A stretch of 64,000 nt of DNA from Octopus sinensis (GCF_006345805.1 NC_043003.1:59334001-59398000); one strand, 5' to 3'. Shown: positions 35,899 through 50,764, counted from the stretch's first letter. Numbers and translations are program-made. Notes: generated by a model not told the origin, from the sequence alone.

Positions 35899-37499
35899 CC
35901 ATTGGTCAAGCATATTATTTAAGACTATAAACCTTAAATCAATTCCTGATATAAAAGTGGATGAATAGGGAATTCTTAAAATAAGACGGATGGGTCACAA
36001 CTAGAATATCTAAGATCATTGCATCTTTTGTGTCGTAACTTTATTTCCATTTATCATTTAACAACATGACAGTACGAAATAGTGAAATGACGATCGAAGA
36101 ACTAAAGCTTCTATATGTTAGAAAGAGTAAACGCGAGCCTTCAGTCCATCCATATTTTGACAAAAGAATATGTCATTTAAAAATTAAGACGGGTGGGTCA
36201 CAGCTGGAATGTCTTTAATAATAGATCTGCTCTGCAAGAGATCTCTTCAACTCATGGAGAGATACGAAGAAAAGAGTTACAGAGATAAAACGAGAGTAAA
36301 AAAAAAAAAGTGAAAGCAAAATAAAAAAGCAAGGGGAAGGGAGAGCAAAAAATAGAAAGAAAGAAAATGAACGAGAGAAAAGAAATAAAAAGAAAATTGC
36401 AAGTATCATTTTCAAAGTGAAATAAAATTAGGATGTTGAGAGATTGTTCTTTATTCAGCATCTTCAAAGAACAAAGATAAGTTTTTCCCCCTTTTATAGA
36501 AACCTGTAAGTTATCTGCCGAATTAAAAAAAAATTTCAAATAAAGTAAAAATAAAATTTCACTCTAAATATAAAATGAAATGTCGGATTATAAATTATTC
36601 TCTTCAACTTCCTCCGGCCAGACGGGATTAGAAACTAAGTTTTCCTTAATATTTATTTCTTTATCTTCTTACCTCTTATGACGCATCAGGCAGCTAATTA
36701 ATTGCTTCGGCATATGGACGAAAGATATAATAGTCATCGTGTTAGGACAACCTTTAGTAAAGATCAGAAGAGGAAAATAAAAAAAAAAGAACCCAGTAAA
36801 TTATAGCGTTGGTCATGTTGCTTAACCCCCTACATATCCACCTAAAGTAAGAAACAAAAAAAAAAAAACAAACAAAAAACAAAAAAACAAGACTGAATAA
36901 AACAAGAAAATTTGGGATTAAGTGTTTACTAAGAAATTTAAATTATAAAAAAAATAGGGTGTTAACTGTCAGATTAGACAAAACATGGCTCTGTTAAGAT
37001 TTTTCCTGGTAAGGGCAAAGAAATGTTAGCTACAAAATATTGAGTGATGTCCATGTTGATGTGACCTTTATGTGTAGTGAACTCACGCATTTTATTTCTA
37101 TAATGTTCTTTACTATTTAGAGATGAAGGAAAGTTTTCATATATCTATAAACATTACAAATACCAAAGTAAATAAGAAAATGTTATAAGTAAACGTCCGA
37201 TACACGCAATTCAGGTAGCGTTAAATTAAAATAACTGTCTATATACTGTACGTAATGTATAGACACCGTTGACAGGCCTGTCACAACGGTGTTCGTTCCG
37301 AAATAACATCTATTATAGACGTGCAGTTTTAAAAACGCAATAAATATCGAGTTGATTTTTTATCGTCGTCCGATAGTCATTACTATTTTAACACAGCAAA
37401 TTCAGAAAACATGTCTTTAAATGAATACTGAAGTAGTTTCTTATCAACGGTGTATATAATTTAAGGATGACACATAGCTGGCTATTAATTTTAGTCCTT

Positions 37500-37835
37500 T
37501 TTCCTTTTATTTATTTCACTCATTTGACTGCAGCCATACTGGGGCACTGCTTTCAAGGACTTAGTCCAGCAACTCAACTGTAGTAATGTTTCTTTTTAAG
37601 CCTTGCACGTATCTTATCGTTTAATTTTGCCAATCCGCTAAGTTACAGCAACGGAAACAAACCAACAACAGTTGTCAAGCTGTGATTGGAGACAAACACA
37701 AGTATACACACATACACACGCACGCACATGCATACATATCTGCGTATACGACGGGCTTCTTTCAGTTTTCATCTACCGCATCCACACAAGGCTTTGGTTA
37801 GCATGATGCTACAGTAAAATGCACTCGCGCAAGGA
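37500..37835 (-). mobile_element. SINE family A, diverged
   Basis: Tail catttgactgcagccatactgg and body gacgggcttctttcagtt. Confidence 0.75.
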
Positions 37836-38419
37836 CTTTTGTTAGGGAAGAAAATTTGTTACGATGCGACGTATTTTTATAATGAGGCAATTTTGCGGGT
37901 GTTATCGTCATCTTGGATGCGTTGTTCAATCTACATTTCGATCAGTATGAGTTGCATTCGTGTTATTCGAACAACAGACGTATATTCGTTAAAAATAAAA
38001 CTTCTAGTCTCAGGTTCTCTCTTTGGTATTGCTTAGGAATATTACATAAACATTAAATATTATGGCGAAAGAGATTTGGCTGCTATTAGTAGAAGGTCGG
38101 GTCACTGCGTAAAAGTTCCCTCGCTTGCTCGTAGATACGCATCATGAAATGATGGGTGTTTATAATTGCTTCCATAATTGTTGATAAGCGGGAAAATGAA
38201 AGCAATAGGCTATCAAGAAGCTAGGAAATTTTCCGTTCCTTGGGATTCGACTCTGCGTTGCTTATTATTTGCAGCTGTTAATAAACTGAGATCGAAACTA
38301 TATTCATAAATATTATATTCTTTCGAAAATCACGTGGGAAGAAACGTACAGACAGGTTAAACATTTCCTAAATAGTAATTAAGATATTCAGAGTTCAAAA
38401 TATTTGTTTCAAATTTTGG

Positions 38420-38616
38420 CACAATTTCGTGTGGAAAAGAATTAGTTGATAACATCCGCTCCCTCACCAGTACTCGACTGGTATTTATTTCATCAATACT
38501 GAAAGAATGATAGGCAATATCAACCTCGGTGGAATTTGAACTTAGATCATGAAGACGGACGGAATGCCGCTAAGCAATTAAACCGGTGTGCTGAGGATTT
38601 CGCTAGCTCGCCGCCT
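38420..38616 (-). mobile_element. SINE family B
   Basis: caacctcggtggaatttgaacttaga...gctagctcgccgcc. Confidence 0.75.
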
Positions 38617-38904
38617 AGTCAATGTTTAATTCTGAAACGTTTAATTTCTTGATAACCTATCAATATGCTTCGAGCTCTATGCTACGTAGGAGTACCTATC
38701 ATTTTTCTAATTACAAACTTGTCACTTTAATTAGTGAGATAATACTTCAAGAATGACCTCAACGTATTAATCTAGTGTATTATCTTCTTTGAATAACAAA
38801 CCAAGACATATGGTATAGTAAAATTAACTCATGATACTATAAAAAATATAAATTAATGAACAAGAAAAATATGTATATATAGCAAGAATACATGTGTCAA
38901 AGTT

Positions 38905-39262
38905 CCCACGCTAAGTCTTATTCAGTGAACTCAATCCAGGAAAAAGAACACGTAGTTGCCCTCTTCGAAGACACGCGGAACAAATCAAAGCAACACTGAA
39001 AGCCAGTGGAATTGAGTCTAAATCGTTTGAAATACAAGCTCGATACCGTACCAAGTGGCGGTGTTCCATCACCATCGGAAGCAATAATTTCGAAACCACC
39101 AGAAGAGAATAATGGAAACAAAATCAAACGACAGAAGAGAAAGGCTCGACAAAATCAACCTCGTCCTCCACCAACATTGCAATGCAGTGAATGCCATCGA
39201 CTCTTCTATTCCAGTCATCAACACCATCACAATGAACAAAGCGTTGGGCAAAGAAAAAAATA
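38905..39262 (+). mobile_element. RTE-clade LINE 3' fragment
   Basis: VLFSELNPGKRTRSCP...IKATLKASGI...ARYRTKWR...KRQKRKAR...CSECHRLF matches the RTE LFGEL..GKR..DR..WR plus terminal Zn finger. Confidence 0.75.
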
Positions 39263-39629
39263 AATTCACTGAGGTAAACTAAGCGTTCGGGAAAGAAGAA
39301 AATAAATTCACGGAGGGAAAGTCGAGGACGAAAGCGACGGCAGCGACGACGACGACTTTATCCATAGTAGTTTTTGAAGCTTTACTAACCGTTAAATAAA
39401 ACACAGTGGGTTAGCTACTCAAGCGACATGATTTTGACTTCTGTCAATGTCAGAGATCCTACAAATGAATAAAGTCTTAATAAAAAAAATGTACAAATAA
39501 ATGAATAAACTGAGTAGATAAACGTAAAGAAGGTCGAAATGATCGACAGATGCATCTGCAGTCTGTAAAAAAGGTCAGAAAAGTGTGTCGAAAGTCTCAA
39601 ATAAAGAATATATAAATTAGGTTAAGAGG

Positions 39630-39647
39630 TGAATAATAATAATAGTA

Positions 39648-39684
<37 letters not shown>

Positions 39685-39745
39685 TAATAATAATAATATA
39701 ATAATAATAATAATAATGATAATAATAATGATAATGATGATGATG

Positions 39746-39822
<77 letters not shown>

Positions 39823-39850
39823 TGTAATAATAATAATAATAATAATAAAT
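39630..39850. repeat. (AAT)n microsatellite
   Basis: Direct. Confidence 0.97.
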
Positions 39851-40402
39851 ACCCTGATGCAGTACCAGACAGTGGCTCTCATGGCTTCTGATCTTAACTG
39901 ATTGGAAGTGTTATCATGTACGTTGTTTGTCTTGGTATAAAAGATCGGCTACAGCGAATATTCAGCTCAATACCACAGATTTGCTTGTCAGTTGTTTGAC
40001 CTTAATCAGTTGAGCATGTCTCTTAGTGGCTGATGATATGTGCATCTCTGATCACGAGTAGAAGTAGTGGGGTGCATCATAGCCATGTGTTGAGATGGAT
40101 TCTTAGAAGTTTGAATAATTCATCTTTGGAAATATGGCTATTTCGTTCAACATCCTTAAACTTCCTTATTCAGGGACCTTTTGAGCGGGATGAGCTATTC
40201 GACCAAAAGAAACTTCTAACTGGGCCCCACTTGCAAGGTCATGCGCTGTTTATCTTGATATAAGATCACCATGTTGCGCACATATGTTTGTGATATATGT
40301 TCCAGGTGTACCCTTATCAGACGGGTAGTCATGATGGGTATACTGGGCTTCGTATATTCTACTCCAATGTCCACTTTCATGGCAAGCACTGATCTCTCAC
40401 TC
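39851..40402 (+). mobile_element. ~555-bp non-coding interspersed element in (AAT)n, copy 1
   Basis: Collinear (roughly 90% by eye) with the reverse complement of 52605-53160; (AAT)n on both flanks. Confidence 0.85.
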
Positions 40403-40426
40403 AATAATAATAATAATAATAATAAC

Positions 40427-40744
<318 letters not shown>

Positions 40745-40745
<1 letters not shown>

Positions 40746-40878
40746 CCACCCCTTGCTGGAGCCCTGTGGAACTTTTTAGGTGTTTTCGCTCAATAAACAC
40801 GCACAACGCCCGGTCTGGGAATCGAAACCGCGATCCTACGAACGCCAGTCCGCTGCCCTAACCACTGGGCCATTGCGC

Positions 40879-40880
<2 letters not shown>
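40745..40880 (-). mobile_element. SINE family C, head part
   Basis: Nearly identical to 8680-8785. Confidence 0.85.
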
Positions 40881-40939
<59 letters not shown>

Positions 40940-41024
40940 ATATATAATATATATATATATATCTATATATATATATATATATATATAATTATATATATAT
41001 ATATATAATATATATATATATATA

Positions 41025-41061
<37 letters not shown>

Positions 41062-41489
41062 ATATATATATATATATATATAATATATATATATATATCT
41101 GTGTGTGTGTATGGATGTATACAGAAATTCTGGAATCAAATATTACGGATAAATATACAAAGAGGGCTCCGCATGAGTTAAGAAGAATTATAGAAAGAAT
41201 AGCAATATCCTTATAACTTAAAGACGCAATGCTTTACTAATGAAACAACGATTTTCCAAATTCAATAGCTTTTCTGAAACTGAATAGATAAAAATAAATT
41301 CGTCTGCGTAGTTAAGGTGTTTCAGAATATTACATTGTGATTCAAGCGTTCCGAAATATTTTGATTCCTCCATGAAACTGTCTATTATCTTCGTGTAGTA
41401 TTCTTAGGATGGCCGTCGTATTTGAGTACTCACCCACCTACCTCCTCCATGTCACAAGTAACCAGCATTCCACTTTCTTTCTAGATTTA

Positions 41490-41830
41490 CAGGCGCGACC
41501 AAAAGGGAAGCAATTTGTAAAAGAGCTAAACTCGCTGCTTTCAGATCGATTTTCGTGTTTAACTTCACCTGTGGATATGAATATTGGGTTGTGACCGAAA
41601 AGAACGATCGCAAATATAAGCACCCGTAACGAGGATTCCTCCAAAGGATGTCTGGAATAATATTACACGACAAGGAGCGTATCTCGGAGATCAGAAATTC
41701 TCACGAGATCAAGCTGTTACTTTCCTATATTGCGGCACAGTCGCAAGTCGGATACCGTCCGGCGGTAAAACTTGGCTTAGAATAAAAAGCGATATGGTTG
41801 GAAAGCATCATAATCTCAGTTGGTCAAGCT
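41490..41830 (+). mobile_element. RTE-clade LINE RT C-terminal fragment
   Basis: RSIFVFNFTCGYEYWVVTEK...GFLQRMSGIILHDKERISEIR...LLLSYI resembles RTE SIFVPTLTYGHE.W.MTER..FLRR..G..L.DR.R.S.IR. Confidence 0.65.
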
Positions 41831-42010
41831 TAGAAATGCAACCGGAAATTGTAAAAAAAACCAATAAATCCTTAAGATTAAAAATATATTCTGCACTAAT
41901 TTTGCCGCCAAATTAAAAGTAGATAAAAGAATTAACTCTATTTCATATAAAGTGAACACTGATTGCGATAACAGAGGCAGACAAACTAATATAATAAAGA
42001 TGTAACTAAT

Positions 42011-42400
42011 AGGCGTGGCTGTGTGGTAAGAAACATGATTTCTATCTACATGGGTCCGGATTCAGTCGTACTCCGTAGTATCATGGGCAAGTGTATTCTA
42101 ATATAGCTTCGAGTCGACTAGAACCTTCTGAGTGGATTTGGTAGACAGAAACTGAAAGAAGCCCGTCGTATATATATATATATATATATTTGTGTGTGTA
42201 TGCGTGATTTGTCCCCCTCCTACCGTCGTTTGACAACCGATGTTGGTGTGTTTATGTCCCCGTCACTTAGGAAAAGATACAGATAGAATAAGTACGAGGC
42301 TTGCAAAGAATTAGTCCTGCGGTCGATTTCTTTGACTAAAACTCTTAACTCGGAGCTCCAGCATGGCTACAATCAAATGACTGAAATAAGTTTTAAAATA
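42011..42400 (+). mobile_element. SINE family A
   Basis: aggcgtggctgtgtggtaag head through aaatgactgaaataag tail. Confidence 0.88.
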
Positions 42401-42474
42401 AACGAAAGAACTAAACGTATGAATTAACTATTGAATGAATATACGAATATACAAAATGCTTATGGATATGTCTG

Positions 42475-42577
<103 letters not shown>

Positions 42578-42594
42578 CTCTCTCTCTCTCTCCC

Positions 42595-42683
<89 letters not shown>

Positions 42684-43693
42684 ATATATCTGTCTACATA
42701 TATACATACATATACATCTGTTTCGGGGGCGGCTATGTGTACGCGAGTGTATGCATTCCCAAAGTACATACGCATATCCATAAACACTGAGATCTATACA
42801 GGCATATAAATATAAACATTTTTGTTTATTATGATACATTTTGCGTCGATGTATATTACGAATTATGGAAAAATTCTACATTAATTAAACATTAGCTATT
42901 TCTCTGATAACCGCAACAATTTGCCATGCATTTTCTTTCTCTCTGTAAGAGTTCGTTACATTGTAATGATATGGAAATTTCATTGCAATTTTAGATGAGT
43001 GTATTGATACACAACGATGCAATTAAGACAAAACATTTGTAATTGTTCATTTGTATACAAATATAACTTGCAAAAACTTCCGCTTTATTCCACAACTTTC
43101 GTATGTCTCACTACTCTCTAAACACAACTGCAAACTATTTTTTTCCTCTCCTTGTATAACTTTTATAGCCTGTAACCTTAGCAAGGAAGTTATTCTGTAG
43201 TTCTTTTATAATAAGCACCATTCACAATCTTCAACGAAGTTGTATTCTGTGAATTATTATTATTATTATTATCATTATTATTATTATATTATTATTATTA
43301 TACATTGTTGGAAGAGCTGAAGGCTTTAAAAAAAACCATTGGTTATTGTCTATTCAATGAAAATAATGGATAGTTTGAGTGAAACAAAATATTTATTAAA
43401 ATATTACAAATACATATTAGGAAAACAACAACAACAGCAGCAACAACAATAACAGCAAAAATAATGGAAACAACTTGGAAGGAATATTTATGATGCTATG
43501 TGCGTGTTTTGTTTAATTTGTTTCTTTGGATTTTTCAGCAAACTAAAACTGCAGCAGTGGCAATGTTGTTGCTGTTGTTGTCGCTGCTGCTACTGTGTGT
43601 GATTATAATGATGATAATGGCGATTATGACGATGACAACAACGACGACGATGACGACGGTGATGATCATTATGATGAGAATATAATAATAATA

Positions 43694-43734
<41 letters not shown>

Positions 43735-43744
43735 TTGCTAGAAT

Positions 43745-43960
43745 GTGGACTGTGAAATTGCAAGGATGTGGGATATGAGGACAGTGTCTGTCAACCCAGG
43801 AGTTGCAGGGGCACGCGGAAGGATAACAATAAAGTTCGGGAAATATGTCAGAGAAACTGGAAGTAACATGAGAGCAGAGCAGACCCAACAAACGTCTCTG
43901 CTGGGGACAGCTAGGTGTTTGATATACGTTCTTATATTTTGAAAATCTTCCACGATAATT
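43745..43960 (+). mobile_element. R4/Dong-like REL LINE 3' fragment (another subfamily)
   Basis: CEIARMWDMRT...PGVAGARG...QQTSLLGTARCL; preceded by (AAT)n. Confidence 0.7.
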
Positions 43961-44099
43961 AACATCAAATTTTCAAATCTTAAAATTTGCAGAATCAACC
44001 AGAGAAAATAAGACTGAGGGCTATGCGAAGTAAAATAACAAAATAATAATTTCTTTCTTAACCACGAAGGGTTTACATTAAGAAAACGTTGTGGGTAAC

Positions 44100-45180
44100 A
44101 CTGGACTAATAGAATGTGAGATTACATGAAAATTGAGTAAACAATAAAGAACAACTGAAGATAACAACAAAATCCCCTAACGAGAGAGACCTCCTAGGAG
44201 TACCTGTGGAAACCTCACAAATCCACGAGTGTACGGGCATACGTTCTTCATTTTGTCTACAAGCTCTTGCATAGAGTTGGCCCACACAACGGTTCATTCG
44301 CGCTTCATTCACCTACCCGTTAAGAAAATTACTGGCAGGCAGCACTTCCCTCTCCATCACTTTCTTTTCCTAGTGAAACTTAAAAAAAGTTGATAAAAGT
44401 TTGGCCAAAGAGGAAAGTGTCTCTCTTTAGCGCTTTCAATCTAGTCCACTACACAACTTCTTTCGCTAAGTCTATCAAGCAAAGAGAAACAAATTTCCCT
44501 TTCCGGCCAAAGGAAGGCGGCGGGACTATCTTCGCAATGAACTCAGCCGATAACCAGGTGTTCGACATAAACCGACAAGTCAGATATACTCGGGCACTGG
44601 ACGAAAGCATACAGAACGATTTCGTCGTTCTTCACGCATCTCGGGCAAGTCCGGCTGACTGCACTTCTGTCCCTGTAGAGTTTATTCCGAACAGTCAGTG
44701 CCCACCGATATCACTGCTAGGCCAAGGATTTTTGAAAATAATACATAGGTCCTGGCCTGAAAGTTCTCCGGAACAAACCAACCAACATATTCTCATCGAC
44801 ACCCAAATTCTCCCCGAGAACGTCGTCGTACTTACCCGATACTTTTATTCTCTATAGAAAAACAGACCCTTCCACCGATCGCATTGCCCGACTGGAAGAA
44901 GAGTGTGAGCGCCTGACGATAATCTAGGTGCAATCTAGGTGCGAGGCTCTCTGCCTCGATCTACTTGTGATCCAGAGCTGCAGCTGAGTCGGCTGTGAGA
45001 AATTTTGCCTGAAAAACGGCGATCACTCCTGCTAACCGTCTAGGAAACGTTGGAGATGTCGCAGCCTCAGCACATGTCTGCGCATTAATATCCACGACAT
45101 ACCCGACCCTCTGTTTAGCGGGTGTTGTCAGCAAATAGGGTGCCTGGTCATTGGAATGTGCCCCTTCCACAGAAAGCAAA
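44100..45180 (-). mobile_element. Tx1/L1-clade LINE 3' fragment, decayed
   Basis: Minus frame FQKSLA*Q*YRWALTVRNKLYR...SRTCPRC..NDEIVLYAFVQCP, a zf-RVT-like motif. Confidence 0.7.
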
Positions 45181-45317
45181 ATTTTCAGTTCAAATTCCGC
45201 CGAGGAAGACTTTCATCTTTTCAGGGTCGATAAATTAATTACCAGTAAAACACTGGAATCGACGTAATCGACTTCCCCGTCCCCAAAATTTCAAGCCTTA
45301 TGCCTTTAGTAGAAAGG

Positions 45318-45383
<66 letters not shown>

Positions 45384-45809
45384 GCCGCGAGCTGGTAGAA
45401 TCGTTAGCATCCTGGACGAAATGCTTAGATGTATTTCGCCTGTCGCCACGTTCAGAGTTCGACTTTGCCTTCCATTCTTTTCGTACCAGTGGAGCACTGT
45501 GGTCGTTGTAATCGTCTATGTCCCTCTCCCAAATTTCAGGCCTCGTGCCTAAAGAAGAAAGGATTATTATTATTATTATTATTATTATTTTTGAAGGCGG
45601 CCAGCTGCTAGAATTGCTAGCACTCTGGACGAAATGCTTAGCGTCATTTCGTCCGTCGCTATCTTCTGAGTTCAAATTCCGCTGAGGTTGAATTGTCACT
45701 TTATCCTCTCCAGATCGATAAATTAAGCGCCAGTGAAACAGTGGTTTCGATATAATCGAGTTATCCCCCTCCCCAATATCGCTGCCTGTGACAAAATTTG
45801 AAACCGTTA

Positions 45810-45810
<1 letters not shown>
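45180..45810 (+). mobile_element. Three tandem family B SINEs separated by (ATT)n
   Basis: Core repeated at ~45200, ~45455 and ~45680. Confidence 0.82.
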
Positions 45811-45841
<31 letters not shown>

Positions 45842-46435
45842 TTAATTATTTTTATTACATCTTTTATTTACTACAGTGGTGTAGGGGAGAGGGGAATACC
45901 AGCAGACAACAACAGTGTCGGAGGTTACATACAAGATGAGGGAAAAAGAACGAAATGAGATAAAACATATACAGGAAGCTTACATCTATGTTGTGTAGGA
46001 TGTAAACGAACGGTTTAGGAAGACCATACCATTCATTTCTTGTAATAATTAATGAGGAATTCTTAAGGAAACAATTGCAAAGTACCACATATCGCCATAA
46101 TTAATTCATACTGTAGATTGACTTGAATTGCCTCGAGTTTTGAAGTTGCTGAATCGCGAGATGTGCAAGCAATTGACGCAATCGGTAAATGAAAATAAAA
46201 TTTTAACATATATATATTAAGAGACACGAGAAATTATTCAGAATCTTCGTTAATAGGATTATATAAAAATGTTTTCTCTTAAAACCTTAATGATATTTGC
46301 AATTTTTACCAAGGATATTGCAGCTGATAAAAAGGATTAACATGAATAATACATCAGGTATTACAGGTTTTATGGAATTGGAGAAAATACGCGTATAACG
46401 ATTCAGATGTGTTAGCTACAGACACACATACACTT

Positions 46436-46478
<43 letters not shown>

Positions 46479-46486
46479 GTATATAC

Positions 46487-46535
<49 letters not shown>

Positions 46536-46675
46536 TATTTATATATATATATATACATATATACATATATATATTTATTATATATATATACATATATATA
46601 TTTATATATATATATAGATATAGATATATATATACACACAAAAACACTCTCACACACAGTTATACATATGTAGAC

Positions 46676-46736
<61 letters not shown>

Positions 46737-47789
46737 GAATAATAGATAAGCGTATATATGTCTACAGATTTATATGCATATACATATTTGTATAGATTTA
46801 AGTCTACACATTCATTTACATATTTATATGTACGCACACACTGATATGTATACACATTCATGTATACAGACATATACATACGTGTGTGGTGTTTGTAAGT
46901 ACGCACACTTGTGTAGTTGTGTGTGTGTGTGTGCGTGTGAATGGTGAGAGATAAGGAATATGTACATTAAACGATAATTTAAGTACAATTTTTCAGCTAT
47001 ATATTCCTGAGTGCATGGGTCCTTGTTTAAGAAATTTATAACAACATCACATGATCATTGGATAAAACCCCATGCGCTCCCATTCCCTTGTCAACCAAAT
47101 TCTTAAGAGTTAAATTTAGTTACAAGAAACTGTCTAACGATCGAGTGTAGTTAATATTGATTTGCTGTTGAAATAATCCGTAACAGTTCTTGGGCATTTG
47201 GAGAAATTTTCCCCTTCATTCCGCATGTGTTTGTGACTCTGAAATGGGACATAGTCTCACATCATTGTTCATTTCTCGATTAAGGAATAATGAAATTATT
47301 GTACGAATGCACAGAATTTGGTATATAGCTAGCGAGTTGGTGCTGTCGCTAGAAATTCCGATAGACTAACTTGGGTTATCTCGACAGGTTTCCTGCGATT
47401 TCAGTTGAAATTTAGGTGTAGTCACCTTTGTTTTTGAACATATGGGGTTTTTCAAAAAAATTGGCGTCTTGTACTGGGGTTTGTTCTTTTCCATATCCGT
47501 CTCAAATACTTTGAAACTTAGTCTCTGCTGGAAATAGGTTGTACCCAAATCTGAAATCCGTAAGTAGCGTTAGTCCCCTTTTAACTCCATCATGATTTGA
47601 AGGGACAGCAATTTAAAGAAGGGACAAAAATTTATTGTGCGTGCACTTGTGTAAGTGTGAGTGTGTGTATGTAACTCCTTGGCTGTGTGTATTCGATTTG
47701 TTTTTTGTGATAGCACTTGTTACTCTTTATCTCATTATTACTCTGTTTGAGAAGACTTACGATTATGATCAAAGGTGTATTATTTCATC

Positions 47790-48010
47790 TTTTTCTTTTA
47801 CCTGTTTCCGTCATTGAACTGCTGCAACGACGGTACATCGGCTTGAAGGGTTTCGTACAACAAATAGACCTCAGCACTAATTATTTTTAAGGTCTCGTAC
47901 TTAATCTGTCGGTTTCTTTTGGCGAACTGCTAATTTTCGGGGACGTAAACAAATCCACCTCGGTTGTCAACCAGTGATGGGTGACAAACACGAATACACA
48001 CAAACATAGG
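47790..48010 (-). mobile_element. SINE family A tail fragment
   Basis: cgtacttaatctgtcggtttcttttggcgaactgctaa...ggttgtcaa. Confidence 0.65.
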
Positions 48011-48162
48011 CACTTATGCATGTGTATGTATGTCTCTGTGTGTCTATATATATGAATAAAAAAAAAATAATATATATATGTATGTATATATACATATGAA
48101 TTAATATGAATATATATATATATATATTTGTGTGTGTGTATGTGCATATATATATATACATA

Positions 48163-48201
<39 letters not shown>

Positions 48202-48299
48202 TATATATACATATATATATATGCATATACATATATCTGTTGTGCATCCAGAGTTCGCATCTTAGAGCAATTTAATGTATTGCGTCACGAGATCAATCG

Positions 48300-49250
48300 T
48301 ACTATACTTCTTATAGAAACCTGCTCGCCCTCTCTGCTGTTGGTCGTCGAGGCTTTTTCATAGTCTAGTGACTATGATCTTTCTAAACAGCCTATAGATG
48401 TGAGAATAGATATGAGGCAATATTGTTTTAATATTCTGTATCATCATTTTTTTTCAAGTAAGGTGGTATTTTTAGTCTTTTCACGGTGAAGGTATATTAC
48501 CCTTCATCTGGTAGCAAGTCTTCCACAGGCTCCTGTTGGCTAGCAGGTTTTGGTTTTGACTCCTTCTTACTTTCGTGTTTCACATCAAAGGACTTGACGC
48601 ATTGATTTTAATTATTGAGACATGCGTAGCTTTTTTTTTCTCATGTCCTCATCACGAATTTTTCCCGTATCATTCAATACTTTTTGTGCTGAATGGGATT
48701 ACTACTGAGACATCCTACAACATGCACCTTTTATGGTCTAGGCTGTAGTCAATTTCATTTTTGTGTTGAGCATTTTTTCCTGTCCAGGTTCATCATCTTC
48801 CAGGCTACTTCCTGTAGAGGCCATTACAGATGTAAAGCCTTCTAGTTTCTACCATGGTAAACACATCTTCTTCCCTTTTGTTTCCCTTTCTTGATCCAAA
48901 TATACCATCATATTTTACTCTCTGCAGTCATTTTCCAACCTTTGCGTCTAAATCTCCCGCCACTATAGCATACGTGGAACCGTGCACGAGCGCTTTCTGT
49001 AGCTCTTGGTAGAATGAATTTTTTCTACTTCGTCGTCCACGCTCGTATCCTGTGGGAACAGAGTCAAGCTGATTTTCTGGGTGGCAATTTTTGAGAGACT
49101 AATATTTCGTACTCCGATTCGTGGTAAAGGCAATTGGCAAGAAAAATTTTTCGAAGCCCGTTCTTTGCTTACGGTGAACATTATACAATCTGTTGCACTC
49201 GCACCTTTCGCTATTTCTCCGTCTCACTTTTATTTTTTCCGTTGACGTCT
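48300..49250 (-). mobile_element. RTE-type LINE apurinic endonuclease (APE) fragment, decayed
   Basis: Minus: DTSVDDEVE / FYQELQKAL...AIVAGDLDAKVGK...GIFG...RLYICNG (GDFNAKVG motif). Confidence 0.7.
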
Positions 49251-49794
49251 ACCACAGAGCCGTAGCACATCGCATTTGGTTTTCTTATTCTTCTCCATTA
49301 GATGGGGCATTCCGCTTCTCCCTCTTAAAGACCAGAAGATATAGGTGCATAAGGCAAGTGTTTTTTTCTAATTCTTTGGTGAACTATTGGTACCTTAGAT
49401 TCTTAGCAGCCTCTGGTAGCTCTGATTTCGCTCCATCGCCATAGAGAAGTCCGATTAATCTGCAGGATACTGAGGCCTATTCCTTTGTATTATTTTAGCT
49501 TTTAATACGAAGCCACCCCATTAGCTAGGCGGGTAGGCTATTTATTACCTCTTCAGTTTAGCTCGATTTCAACCTTTAGCAAATAGGCTACGTACAAGCT
49601 TTCGCGAGGTAATCCTTTGGTTTGACATGCCATGGCGTATACCTCGCTATCATAGCCACAGCACAACCACTGTGACTGCTGCACACTATGAAGTACTGAA
49701 GCAGGATTTAGCAACAGATATGCACACATATATATACATGTATATACCTGTACGTGTATATACGTGTATATAACATGTATATAACGAACTTTTT

Positions 49795-49928
49795 TCAGCT
49801 TCCGTCTACTAAACCACTTACACTGATTTTGGTCGGTTCGAGGTTATACTAGAAAATACTAGCTGCAGGTGCAACGCAGTAGGACTGAACTCGGACCTAT
49901 ATTCCTACCAGACATCCACGCCTGTTCC
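49795..49928 (-). mobile_element. SINE family A head fragment
   Basis: ttttcagcttccgtctac...aggactgaactcgg. Confidence 0.7.
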
Positions 49929-50515
49929 TATTCTAGAGGTGCCAAAAACATTTTCATGCATATGTGATCTAGTGTTATATTATATAACTTGAGTGATATG
50001 CTGTAGTGCGCAAGCTGCTTCCAAATAGAGGGCATGAGTGTTTTGCTTTCTGTTTGGTTGAATCAATTTACCATAAAGAGCATCACTGAAGCTCTATGAT
50101 CAGATTATGAAAACTTGTTCACTAGATATTCACTAGATAGTAACACTTCCGCAGAGTTTATAACAATTCACTAAACACTATGGCCGTACATTTATTACTA
50201 CTGTGCAAGTGCATTAAAATTGTTGTATGTCTATCAAGCAACATGATGACATGTAAATTAAAATATATTGGAAAATTTATGTAGCAATTACTAATAGCCC
50301 TACATATAGATAACTCTGCTTGAAGACCTACTGAACCGCTGGAGGAATATTTAGCTAAAATGGGGGTATAATTGAAAAATGATATTTGTATTATAAATAT
50401 TATAATTGATTGTTTCAGGTTTTGAGTTCCGTTAAATAAGTAATACATGTACACTACGTACGGTAGCGAATTGATTGTGTATAAGTTATTTGTTTCTGAG
50501 TTTTTGAATTGACAG

Positions 50516-50588
50516 TGATACATTTGAAGCAAGCTGTGAAATTGAGCAGAGTAGAATAAGAGAGAACTATTTCCTTCCTTGTTTGAAG
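50516..50588 (+). CDS. Candidate exon (DTFEASCEIEQSRIRENYFLPCLK)
   Basis: gaattgacAG acceptor, AAG|GTACTT donor, open frame. Confidence 0.35.
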
Positions 50589-50764
50589 GTACTTCTCTGA
50601 AATTACAACACACACACACAAATATGCGCGCCCGTGTGTGTGTGTGTGTGTGAACGTGTATGTTTATGTGTGATCATAAATTCTTTCATTTATGACATTG
50701 AACCAAGCCTAAAGGAAATCGATAACTTTGTACGGACAACTCGGTTTTTGATTCTCAATTGCAG

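Noticed and set aside
35980-36215. ~35-bp direct repeat (aagacgg.tgggtcaca.ct.gaat.tct) about 200 bp apart
   Set aside because: Short and diverged; probably fragments of an old repeat, no interpretable structure.
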